Below, in pieces: positions 1 through 7,464 of a DNA stretch of 64,000 bases. The notes beneath the pieces are model-generated. The model made no database searches, was not told the DNA's origin, and saw nothing but the letters and a program-made list of their open reading frames with translations. Origin of the DNA: a virus; the IMG/VR virus record IMGVR_UViG_3300035670_000049, positions 56,337 to 120,336 of that record. One strand, given 5' to 3'. Each line of letters opens with the position of its first letter. The stretch's first letter is position 1. Both the position numbers and the translations under genes were made by a program.

Positions 1-1
1 C

Positions 2-355
2 AATTGCTTGAGATTCTTCATAATGATTATCAAGATAAACTTTATCCAGGTTCATCTCTTCTGCGATAATACTCGCTTCTACCTGAGTAGGATAAACATC
101 CGATACAATCTCACCCTTTGGATCAACAATGACATAGCCGTTGCTATGCTGTTCTGCACGAAATACTTTATGGCCCTTACGTTTATTGCACCATTTATGC
201 GCTAGTGCAATGTTTGTAGAACCTCTACCAACTTTGCCTCCTAATGCCTTGGGTACAATATGATCGCGTGTAGCGTCTGTCAATCTTTGGACTCTATCTC
301 CGCAGATATGACAGATTGCTTTATCACGCTTATAAAGTTGTGCTAATGTGATCAC
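2..355 (-). CDS. HNH endonuclease (runs off the left edge; absent from ORF track)
   Basis: Manual translation from GTG at 355 (GTGA overlap with Fic stop): ...DKAICHICG...ATRDHIVPKALGG...NIALAHKWCNKRKG; frame open to position 1. Confidence 0.9.
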   Translation of the reverse strand, partial: MITLAQLYKRDKAICHICGDRVQRLTDATRDHIVPKALGGKVGRGSTNIALAHKWCNKRKGHKVFRAEQHSNGYVIVDPKGEIVSDVYPTQVEASIIAEEMNLDKVYLDNHYEESQAI

Positions 356-936
356 GGATTACTACACCCCCAAAAATTGGGAGGCATAATCGGATTATTG
401 AGTGTACCACAAAGGTAGTTATAGATAATCTTTCCTGTTCTACCATTCCCATCCCTGAATGGATGAATATTCTCATACTCGTAGTAGAACTGATCCTCTG
501 CTGTCTTAGACAGTTTATGGCCTCTTGATCGATGTTCCCAATCTCCAACTACTTGATCAACAACAATAAGCCCTCCACTATAGTAGGCTTCAAGTAGACT
601 GGTAAGTAGATCAGGCACTCGCTCCCAAGATGCCTTTTCAATCCAACCAAGATTTGGATCATCCACTCCAATTGGAATTCTACGAAATCCATTCTTATTT
701 TTGGTGGGCTCAACTAATTGTCCAAGATACTCGATGAACTCAAGATTAATTGGTTGCTGAATTCTATTGTGTGGAAATTCTGCGTTCTCGTCCTTATAAG
801 CATAGGCACAAGTAGGACAATATTCCCACTTCTCTTGCGCCCATTGCCAAGCATTACACATATAGTATACGCTAACTTCACCTGATCCTTGGCGCTCACA
901 TTCCCTAGCGCAATACTCAATGATATCAAGTTCCAT
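352..936 (-). CDS. fic: Fic/Doc family protein
   Basis: HPFRDGNGRTGK matches Fic motif HPFxDGNGRxxR except the last residue; start placed at ATG 936 behind GAAAGG. Confidence 0.88.
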   Translation of the reverse strand: MELDIIEYCARECERQGSGEVSVYYMCNAWQWAQEKWEYCPTCAYAYKDENAEFPHNRIQQPINLEFIEYLGQLVEPTKNKNGFRRIPIGVDDPNLGWIEKASWERVPDLLTSLLEAYYSGGLIVVDQVVGDWEHRSRGHKLSKTAEDQFYYEYENIHPFRDGNGRTGKIIYNYLCGTLNNPIMPPNFWGCSNP

Positions 937-938
937 TA

Positions 939-1340
939 TTAGAACCTTTCTTCCTGCCACATAGGAATAACTAGATCGCTTCGTACAGAGTAAAACATCT
1001 TTCGAAATCCCAACTTCTTCAAGATAGCGTAGCAGTTAGGACATGGATATGAAAGATTTGTTGCTACATTTGTACGAGAGTAATTGATAATTGTTGCTCC
1101 GGTTAGTTTCCTGATACCTACCTTTCTTAGAGCATGAACCTCTGAATGCATTGTCTTATCTAGGGGAAGATCAGTATCATCAGCAATGATAGAACCTCCC
1201 GCAAAATGATTTACACCAGTCCCAATGATTCTTCCTTCCCTATCGAGGATTACCGAAGAATGCATATAGCGTGTGACTTGTGGATCAGTCTTTCCTGCCA
1301 ACTTCTTAGCCACATCAAACGGATCACGATAACGACTCAT
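939..1340 (-). CDS. Zn-dependent cytidine/dCMP-deaminase-superfamily protein
   Basis: HSE ... PCPNC zinc-binding/catalytic motif. Confidence 0.85.
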   Translation of the reverse strand: MSRYRDPFDVAKKLAGKTDPQVTRYMHSSVILDREGRIIGTGVNHFAGGSIIADDTDLPLDKTMHSEVHALRKVGIRKLTGATIINYSRTNVATNLSYPCPNCYAILKKLGFRKMFYSVRSDLVIPMWQEERF

Positions 1341-1657
1341 ATAGAACCTACAATAGCCGCAAAATTAAATCCTGCTCCAACAATACCGGATGCTGTTGCG
1401 GTAGAGATAGCAACAATCCTTACATTATTGAATTTGGCTGGAACCGGAATTTGAGAACGATATGCAACAAGGAGGGATAGTCCAAGTTTAGCAACAGGGA
1501 TAGCCCAAATTCCTCCAATGGATACTAGAAGTAGAATTAGAAAGTTTTGCTCACTGAATTTTCCTGGTCCAATAAATATATAGAAGATCAAGAATGTCAA
1601 TGCATCCAAAGATTGAGCAAAGACTAGCCTAAATACAAGATTCTTAGGTAGAGTCAT
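1337..1657 (-). CDS. Small multi-pass membrane protein (DUF5658-like)
   Basis: Three hydrophobic segments; LDALT..EQN..K pattern recalled from DUF5658; ATGA overlap gives start 1657. Confidence 0.55.
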   Translation of the reverse strand: MTLPKNLVFRLVFAQSLDALTFLIFYIFIGPGKFSEQNFLILLLVSIGGIWAIPVAKLGLSLLVAYRSQIPVPAKFNNVRIVAISTATASGIVGAGFNFAAIVGSI

Positions 1658-1911
1658 TTCGGTAGATTCCAACTAGCACGGGGATCATTTACAGGATACC
1701 AAGTTACCCAATCGGGAGGGCTAGAGATATCTGCATCAGAGATATCTTCTACAACAGTATCAGGAGGATTAGAACCATAGGGCCAAATCGGCTTCCAAAA
1801 TGCATCGTCATAGTGACAGCAATGTGTATCCCTGCCACATTCACAACAAGGAGGCTCTACTCCCTCACAATCAGGACATACCTTATAAGGAAAATCTGCT
1901 ACTGCAATCAC
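1654..1911 (-). CDS. Cys-rich, acidic hypothetical protein
   Basis: CPDC..CCECG..CCH cluster; GTG start with upstream GAAAGGTG. Confidence 0.6.
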   Translation of the reverse strand: MIAVADFPYKVCPDCEGVEPPCCECGRDTHCCHYDDAFWKPIWPYGSNPPDTVVEDISDADISSPPDWVTWYPVNDPRASWNLPK

Positions 1912-1925
1912 TTCTATTCACCTTT

Positions 1926-2195
1926 CTAAAATCTAGGCCAACTAAATGAAATTGAGATTGCGCGACCTTCTCCTAGAAAATATCCTATCGATGCAGTATG
2001 TGCTTGGACATATTCAGGCTCATATCGATAGGATACACTAAGAATACCAATCAAGAGCATACCATCAGCAGTTATACCATCGTGCCCCCAATTTCTTCGG
2101 GATATGAATCCTCGGATACCAAACCGATCAAATGCTCGATGTTTGTACGGATATTCTGCATTGAGTTCTTCCAGTTGTTCAGTAAAATGATCCAC
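1926..2195 (-). CDS. Hypothetical protein, first gene after the structured leader
   Basis: GTG start with AAAGGAG RBS at 2200-2206. Confidence 0.65.
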   Translation of the reverse strand: MDHFTEQLEELNAEYPYKHRAFDRFGIRGFISRRNWGHDGITADGMLLIGILSVSYRYEPEYVQAHTASIGYFLGEGRAISISFSWPRF

Positions 2196-2208
2196 CCTAC
2201 TCCTTTCT

Positions 2209-2243
2209 AAAAAGAATTAGTGACGGATAACCGGAGCCGTCAC
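2209..2243 (-). terminator. Intrinsic terminator-like hairpin
   Basis: GTGACGG-10 nt-CCGTCAC stem followed by TAATTCTTTTT on the minus strand. Confidence 0.6.
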
Positions 2244-2476
2244 GGAAGCATTCTCTTAGGGTTATTGCTTATCCCGACAAGCATTTATATAGCGACAACT
2301 TTCTTCCGCTTCTCTTGCCCCTATCCCAGCCATTTCTCATGGCAGTAGTCGATAGACTTCTTATATGATGGAGTTACCCTAATCCTACCAATTGGAGGAT
2401 GTATAGGCATCATATAAGTTGGGACACTCACCCAACCTTCGGCAAGAGTATTGCGCTATTTATTTAGGCCATTCCT
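2244..2476 (-). ncRNA. Candidate structured ncRNA or cis-regulatory leader (unassigned class)
   Basis: Nested helices 2289-2294/2454-2459, 2312-2319/2441-2448, 2360-2370/2408-2418 (11 bp perfect), 2418-2423/2431-2436, 2321-2325/2351-2355, 2329-2333/2339-2343, 2267-2272/2277-2282; no ORF; flanked by promoter and terminator. Confidence 0.65.
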
Positions 2477-2482
2477 AGCCTC

Positions 2483-2511
2483 ATTGTAGCACATATCACA
2501 GGATAAAGCAA
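2483..2511 (-). promoter_or_regulatory. Sigma70-type promoter
   Basis: TTGCTT-17 bp-TACAAT with extended TG. Confidence 0.75.
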
Positions 2512-2555
2512 TAAATGTTTTGTGATTTGTGCTACCATGAAACTATGAGCGGTAA

Positions 2556-2801
2556 TTACTCTACTTTGAACTTATCACCGACGCGAGTAATATTTAGATA
2601 GAAGCGTCGATCCCTAGCAGGATCAGGACCAACCACAAACACCATCTTATTCTCAGGCATTTCTGTAATTGGTCCATCATACTCATTACCAAAGAAGGAA
2701 GTTGCCTCCAAAGAAACACCTTCTGGATTAGAGGCAATTGCCTCCTTTACAGCCTTCTTTGATTTAGGACGATTCCAGTTTACCCAAATTCCTTGAGTCA
2801 C
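2556..2801 (-). CDS. Hypothetical phage protein
   Basis: ORF; start revised to GTG 2801 (GAGGAG RBS, GTGA overlap with upstream stop). Confidence 0.65.
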   Translation of the reverse strand: MTQGIWVNWNRPKSKKAVKEAIASNPEGVSLEATSFFGNEYDGPITEMPENKMVFVVGPDPARDRRFYLNITRVGDKFKVE

Positions 2802-2938
2802 ATCCACTCCTCTGTAAAATCTACGGGACCACCATCCCAATCGATATCTTCGTCGGGTTCCTCTTCATCAATATCTGTATCTGCAATAAATCTATCCTCA
2901 TACGACATTTCTAGCCAAGAGTCATCCCATTCCATCAT
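2798..2938 (-). CDS. 46-aa hyper-acidic peptide (absent from ORF track)
   Basis: MMEWDDSWLEMSYEDRFIADTDIDEEEPDEDIDWDGGPVDFTEEWM; ATGA and GTGA overlaps couple it to both neighbours. Confidence 0.75.
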   Translation of the reverse strand: MMEWDDSWLEMSYEDRFIADTDIDEEEPDEDIDWDGGPVDFTEEWM

Positions 2939-3195
2939 AGAAGTTTACTCTCCCGCTCTCTTGTAATTTCAAGATCACGAATCGCATTCCAAACAAACGC
3001 TAGAGAAGTTCTATAAGCGTCACTAAATGATGCGCGACTCCTATTCTTATCAGAAATCTTGGTAAAACCATCCTTGCTTACAAGAGTGACTGTGCAAATA
3101 CCCTTATCACCATCATAAACCTTATTGATTTTATAGCCCCGACTAATGATAAGTGATTCCATTTTACCAATAGTAGGATCAGCAGCCATTTTCAA
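2935..3195 (-). CDS. Hypothetical protein
   Basis: ORF overlapping neighbours by 4 nt in operon. Confidence 0.6.
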   Translation of the reverse strand: MKMAADPTIGKMESLIISRGYKINKVYDGDKGICTVTLVSKDGFTKISDKNRSRASFSDAYRTSLAFVWNAIRDLEITRERESKLL

Positions 3196-3569
3196 TGCTC
3201 CACGTTATAATTATGTGCGCCATTCTTCATGCCGCAATCATCACATTCATCAGTGATGCCCCAATATTTCTCTGCGGCCTCCTTATCCTTTAGATGATAG
3301 TATTCAACATTCCAACGACCTTTGGGCCACTCAAACATTGTACCATCTTCAACGATTGCAAAGAATTCCTCGGCATCTTCCTTTCTTTCAAACTCTCTTA
3401 CGAGAGGATCAGGCTCATACTCATATCGATCATCCTCGTCCTCAATGATTTCATCTGCATATTCCATATCATATCTATTTTCCTGGTACCACATCAATTC
3501 TGCATCTTCGTTCCAATGGGCATATGCACTAATCGGAGGAATATTATCACCGCGACGATGGACTGACAT
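3192..3569 (-). CDS. Acidic hypothetical protein, C-terminal CxxC
   Basis: D/E-rich; likely start MSVHRR at 3569 (start uncertain). Confidence 0.6.
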   Translation of the reverse strand: MSVHRRGDNIPPISAYAHWNEDAELMWYQENRYDMEYADEIIEDEDDRYEYEPDPLVREFERKEDAEEFFAIVEDGTMFEWPKGRWNVEYYHLKDKEAAEKYWGITDECDDCGMKNGAHNYNVEH

Positions 3570-3999
3570 ATCGATCAAGCCTTTCTTGAATCTTCCAAGC
3601 CTCTGTGGCTGAGATATCCTCATAGGCAGAATTTACTTCTTCATCTTCTCCTTCCTCATCATAATCATAATCAGCATCAAATTCACACCGTCCGCAGGGA
3701 ATATCGTATGATGTATGGAGATAGACTCCATGCTTACAATAGCAACACCCATCAATTGGGGTATGGTTGCTATCATGGCTACTTCCATTGCAAACTCTTT
3801 CCGATCCATCGGATCGATAAAGAATTGCCTTACATGTATAGCCACCATAATGAGTACGACCATTTTCATCAACCCAAGAGTCTCTTTCATCCTTGGGTTC
3901 AAAGTCATGGAGGTTATCATAGAACCTCACATAACCAACAGGGTCCTCGTTGGGATCAGGAATAATATCTTCCCAATACTCTTGGCTAATGTTACTCAT
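3547..3999 (-). CDS. Acidic Cys/His-rich hypothetical protein
   Basis: Start MSNISQ at 3999 just after upstream stop; CCYCKHG..CGRC and DADYDYDEEGEDEE tract. Confidence 0.65.
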   Translation of the reverse strand: MSNISQEYWEDIIPDPNEDPVGYVRFYDNLHDFEPKDERDSWVDENGRTHYGGYTCKAILYRSDGSERVCNGSSHDSNHTPIDGCCYCKHGVYLHTSYDIPCGRCEFDADYDYDEEGEDEEVNSAYEDISATEAWKIQERLDRYVSPSSR

Positions 4000-4000
4000 C

Positions 4001-4243
4001 TCAAAATCCGTCCGCAATAATATCACCCCAAGAGGTAATATACCATGCATACTTATAAGTCTTACCGTCATTCATAATTGCCCATACAATCCAACTACCA
4101 TCACGCTCTGACATAACGGTAATTTGCTTTACATCAGGAAGCTCAGAATTTTCCTTTCGCTCATCCAGAATGTAATCAAGCATTTGCTTCGTTGCATCTG
4201 CAATCAACTGATTACGCCTAATATCATCAAATTCAGCAGTCAT
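4001..4243 (-). CDS. Hypothetical protein
   Basis: ORF in tight operon. Confidence 0.6.
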   Translation of the reverse strand: MTAEFDDIRRNQLIADATKQMLDYILDERKENSELPDVKQITVMSERDGSWIVWAIMNDGKTYKYAWYITSWGDIIADGF

Positions 4244-4244
4244 T

Positions 4245-4457
4245 TTACCAATCCTTCATATCAGCAAGGTGATTGCTATAAGCGATGACCGACTTCCAAC
4301 CATCTGGATCGGTCTGCTTTAGATAACTTAAAATCTCCTGATACTGTGTGCTAAATTCGTACTTAGCCTCATCAGAATCAAAAGAACCAAATCTGAGAAC
4401 ATTTGCCATATATTTGGCAACATTCACATAATTTGGTGTAAGTACAATCGTTTCCAT
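4245..4457 (-). CDS. Hypothetical protein
   Basis: ORF in tight operon. Confidence 0.6.
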   Translation of the reverse strand: METIVLTPNYVNVAKYMANVLRFGSFDSDEAKYEFSTQYQEILSYLKQTDPDGWKSVIAYSNHLADMKDW

Positions 4458-4798
4458 TATCTAATTACTCCCTTGAAATGATCCCTAGCATCAACAACTT
4501 GATAACCATATGGGAGATTTTTGAATGTCATTGCCATTCTAAGTTTGGCGATAGGATTGGATGTATGAATAAAGAAGAAATCAACATCAACTGTTGTATT
4601 ATCTTCAAAATACATCCGCTCTAGTTCTTTTACTAAATCGTATCCTTCCCTTTCTGCGTAATCATCAAGATCATTATCTAGCCAAACTTGATCCCAATGC
4701 CCATCTACAAGTTTTTCACAAGCAGTATCGAAATCCCTGGCATATACGGCATCAAATTTAGCGATGCGAAGATCATCAATCACTAGTTGTCTCATCAT
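4457..4798 (-). CDS. Cyclic-phosphate-processing receiver (cREC)-like protein
   Basis: LVIDDLR...WDQVWLDNDLD...GYDLV...IHTSNP pattern recalled from the phage cREC family. Confidence 0.7.
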   Translation of the reverse strand: MMRQLVIDDLRIAKFDAVYARDFDTACEKLVDGHWDQVWLDNDLDDYAEREGYDLVKELERMYFEDNTTVDVDFFFIHTSNPIAKLRMAMTFKNLPYGYQVVDARDHFKGVIR

Positions 4799-5201
4799 AC
4801 TCCACTACAATCAGATCATTGATAGAGCAGTTGCATTCAGGCTTACTTTCTGAAAAATAGAAAATTGACCGTGCCCCGATCCATCCAATGTTTTTGGTTG
4901 ACCATCGCAAATCCGTATGGTTCTTGCACGTCAATGCAATATGCTGACCATAAGGCTGATTTGGATCAATAGTCTCAGTCCGCTGAATACGCTCTGCATT
5001 TTCCTTATTTACTTGCTGACAATCAGCACATTCGTCCTTTTCCCACCGACGAGCATTATGCATTTCGAAATGCTTGTGGCACAACAGGCCAAGTGCCCTA
5101 TCCTGCGGACAATTGTAATTGCTGTGAATATCCTCGCCAGTATTTACAAACTTCTTTAGAGGCTTTTCACAGACACATTCATGATTGGTTAGCGTTGTCA
5201 T
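4776..5201 (-). CDS. Cys/His-rich hypothetical protein
   Basis: Start MTTLTN at 5201; several Cys/His pairs. Confidence 0.6.
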   Translation of the reverse strand: MTTLTNHECVCEKPLKKFVNTGEDIHSNYNCPQDRALGLLCHKHFEMHNARRWEKDECADCQQVNKENAERIQRTETIDPNQPYGQHIALTCKNHTDLRWSTKNIGWIGARSIFYFSESKPECNCSINDLIVVEYDETTSD

Positions 5202-5202
5202 T

Positions 5203-5787
5203 TTACTTGCTCCCAAGAAACTTGATATCCAGATCGGATTTCTTTCCGCCATACTGGAGATATTCGAAGATTTTCTTTGCTACCTCATTCTGGAGGCCGA
5301 TCCAAACTTCACCATTCACCATATTGTATACGCGATAACCATTCCTCCGAATATTGTCGAGATACATTGCATGGAGAGTGGAATTCTTTTCTCTGCCGTA
5401 TCCCGTATACCGAATGCTAGAACTTCCCTTATTGGTTTTTGCGGCCATAAGGGAATTCTTTGTGCGACTCTTGGTTCGATCCCTTTCGATCTTGCTTTTC
5501 GTAGCCTCGGGAGTATTCAGACCCTTATAGGGCATTCCATTAGTTGGATGATTTTTGCGCCACGACATATCTTCGGCATCTTGCACCATATCTTCACCGA
5601 TGATTTCGATGCCTTTTGTGACGCTGAAAACCTCGATCTTATCTACGGCAAATCCCTCTGCCCGATACTCTTTTGCAAAGATATTCGCCATCCGTGGAGA
5701 AAGCATTTCCTCCACGATTTTCCCATCAATAACGAGATTGTATCGACGGGTTTTGATCTGGTTCTCAGAAACGATCATATTTCCCAT
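5203..5787 (-). CDS. Hypothetical protein, first gene of leftward early arm
   Basis: 194-aa ORF directly downstream of promoter 5846-5874. Confidence 0.65.
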   Translation of the reverse strand: MGNMIVSENQIKTRRYNLVIDGKIVEEMLSPRMANIFAKEYRAEGFAVDKIEVFSVTKGIEIIGEDMVQDAEDMSWRKNHPTNGMPYKGLNTPEATKSKIERDRTKSRTKNSLMAAKTNKGSSSIRYTGYGREKNSTLHAMYLDNIRRNGYRVYNMVNGEVWIGLQNEVAKKIFEYLQYGGKKSDLDIKFLGSK

Positions 5788-5845
5788 TTTTTATCTCGCT
5801 TTCTTTCTGCCTCTCTGTTTTCCGTCGCTCAATTCCACTACGATA

Positions 5846-5874
5846 ATAGTAGCACGAATCGGGCGGCTTGTCAA
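5846..5874 (-). promoter_or_regulatory. Sigma70-type promoter (leftward early)
   Basis: TTGACA-17 bp-TACTAT with TG extension. Confidence 0.85.
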
Positions 5875-6284
5875 GGGGTAAAATAGGCTATTTTGATGCC
5901 TAGCATAAAATCGTAAAAACGCCTGGAAAAATTCCCTAGAAAATACGCGGTAAAAATCCCGGCCTTCCCGTGGACAGTATATAAAAGGACGGGCGCGCGT
6001 GGTACCACATTTTTTGTTCCCTGTCAAGGGCCATTTGTCACAAAGTTCGTAAAATTGCTATTTTACCCTGAAAAAGCTCGTAGGACTTTACCTAGAATAA
6101 AACCCAGAATTTCCTCCCCGAGCTTAGAAATATTTTTTACGGCTAGGAATTTTATTTTTACGCCCTGAGTAACAGGCTCCCCAATGAAATTCGATTTTAA
6201 ACTGGGCCTCTAAACTACCTCAAAAATAGCGCGACTAAATTCCTGACTATTTCGATGATATAAAACCTATTTTGAAAATAAGTG
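5875..6284. repeat. A-tract-rich non-coding control region with short repeated motifs
   Basis: GTAAAA/TTTTAC at 5878, 5913, 5950, 6049, 6061, 6135, 6156 (also 6414); several YTAGRAA motifs; A-tracts spaced roughly a helical turn apart at 5880-5956. Confidence 0.55.
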
Positions 6285-6313
6285 TTGACAAGGGGAGCGC
6301 GGGCTGCTAGGAT
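6285..6313 (+). promoter_or_regulatory. Sigma70-type promoter (rightward early P1)
   Basis: TTGACA-17 bp-TAGGAT; overlapped by GGGAGC/GCTCCC inverted repeat. Confidence 0.75.
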
Positions 6314-6391
6314 GCTCCCAGCGGTCGATGATCCGACGCGAGGGGTCAGGGACAGGGCAGACGGAGAATTCGCTAGAAAACTCCACCGGCC

Positions 6392-6420
6392 TTGACAGGG
6401 CTCCAAAAGAGTGGTAAAAC
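6392..6420 (+). promoter_or_regulatory. Sigma70-type promoter (rightward early P2)
   Basis: TTGACA-17 bp-TAAAAC with TG extension; AGAGTG/CACTCT inverted repeat spans the -10. Confidence 0.65.
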
Positions 6421-6494
6421 ACTCTCGTACCTTAACAACCGAATATAGTCTGCGAGATTAGTTAGCCTAACCCAAAGGAAAGGAAAACACTCTG

Positions 6495-7097
6495 ATGGCT
6501 AAGGCTACAAATGGTCAGGCTGAGAATACTCGGTCTGCCACAATCACTGTTGGCGTTGAGAATGGTGCAGGAAATGCCGTTCTTGCCGCATGGCAGGGAA
6601 TTTACCACCTATTCGGTGGGCGCGGAAACTTTGAGATTACACCCGATGGTGTGATTGTCAATGATTTCAGCGTTGATGGGAAGTATGATCCTGAGCAGAT
6701 TGCTAAGGATATCTCTCATCGCAATAGGCGACTTGATCTTGTTCCCACTTATCTGTGGGTACAGGGCATGGAGCCTGAGCCCTTTGCAGATGCCAAGGAA
6801 ATGACCCAGTTTATGGTTCAGTATTTCCGGGGCTCTGTTGAGGAAGGTTCTTCTCGCTCTCCTAAGTACGTTAGGGATGCGGTTGCAACCTTTAAGGCAA
6901 GCCACAATCTTGCCAAAAAGCGTGGGCCTCGCAAGAAGATTTTCCGTGTGGATAATCTTAGCGAGATTGACGAGAATACTCTCGTTGGAGTTAATGCATC
7001 CGAACTCTCCAAACTCCGCGATGCAATTGAGAAGGCTCTTGCGACTGCTGCCACGAATACTAGTGGGGAGTCGCAGGAAGCCCCCGCTACAGTTTAA
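6495..7097 (+). CDS. Hypothetical protein, first rightward early gene, with basic KKRGPRKK motif
   Basis: 200-aa ORF, strong GGAAAGGA RBS, behind tandem promoters. Confidence 0.8.
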   Translation: MAKATNGQAENTRSATITVGVENGAGNAVLAAWQGIYHLFGGRGNFEITPDGVIVNDFSVDGKYDPEQIAKDISHRNRRLDLVPTYLWVQGMEPEPFADAKEMTQFMVQYFRGSVEEGSSRSPKYVRDAVATFKASHNLAKKRGPRKKIFRVDNLSEIDENTLVGVNASELSKLRDAIEKALATAATNTSGESQEAPATV

Positions 7098-7169
7098 GTA
7101 TCTGCTAACTAATCTCAACGATTATATTCGGTTGTTTCCAATTTCATCATACACTTTTAAGGGAATACA

Positions 7170-7445
7170 ATGGCTGCACAGAGAATTCGTCATGCAAAAT
7201 CTGTTCGTGAGGCAGAACAGATGCGTGACGAATTTATTACGCTTGGATACAAGGTAGAATCCTCTGGAGAGAATACTACCATCGTAAAGAAAACTTCTTG
7301 GGGCTCTGTTTCAGGGCATTTGCTAGTAGCCCTTTTTACCGTTTGGTGGACACTAGGGCTTGGAAATCTTGCTTATGCGCTAATTGCGCATAAGTCAGAC
7401 GAGGTTCTAATCAAAACTGATGAGGAAGCGCTAACAACTTCTTAA
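7170..7445 (+). CDS. Small membrane protein
   Basis: Hydrophobic stretch GHLLVALFTVWWTLGLGNLAYALIA; AAGGG RBS. Confidence 0.75.
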   Translation: MAAQRIRHAKSVREAEQMRDEFITLGYKVESSGENTTIVKKTSWGSVSGHLLVALFTVWWTLGLGNLAYALIAHKSDEVLIKTDEEALTTS

Positions 7446-7464
7446 GTGTTGCGCCTTTTATCCT

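Noticed and set aside
2244-2476. Retron msr-msd, omega/HEARO RNA or known riboswitch as identity of the structured RNA
   Set aside because: No reverse transcriptase or IscB/TnpB in the window, and recalled consensus motifs (lysine, FMN, SAM-I, cobalamin, c-di-AMP, T-box) do not fit. An Rfam search is still required.
5185-5886. 233-aa plus-strand ORF
   Set aside because: Antisense shadow of 5203-5787, crossing the leftward promoter; no RBS or motifs.
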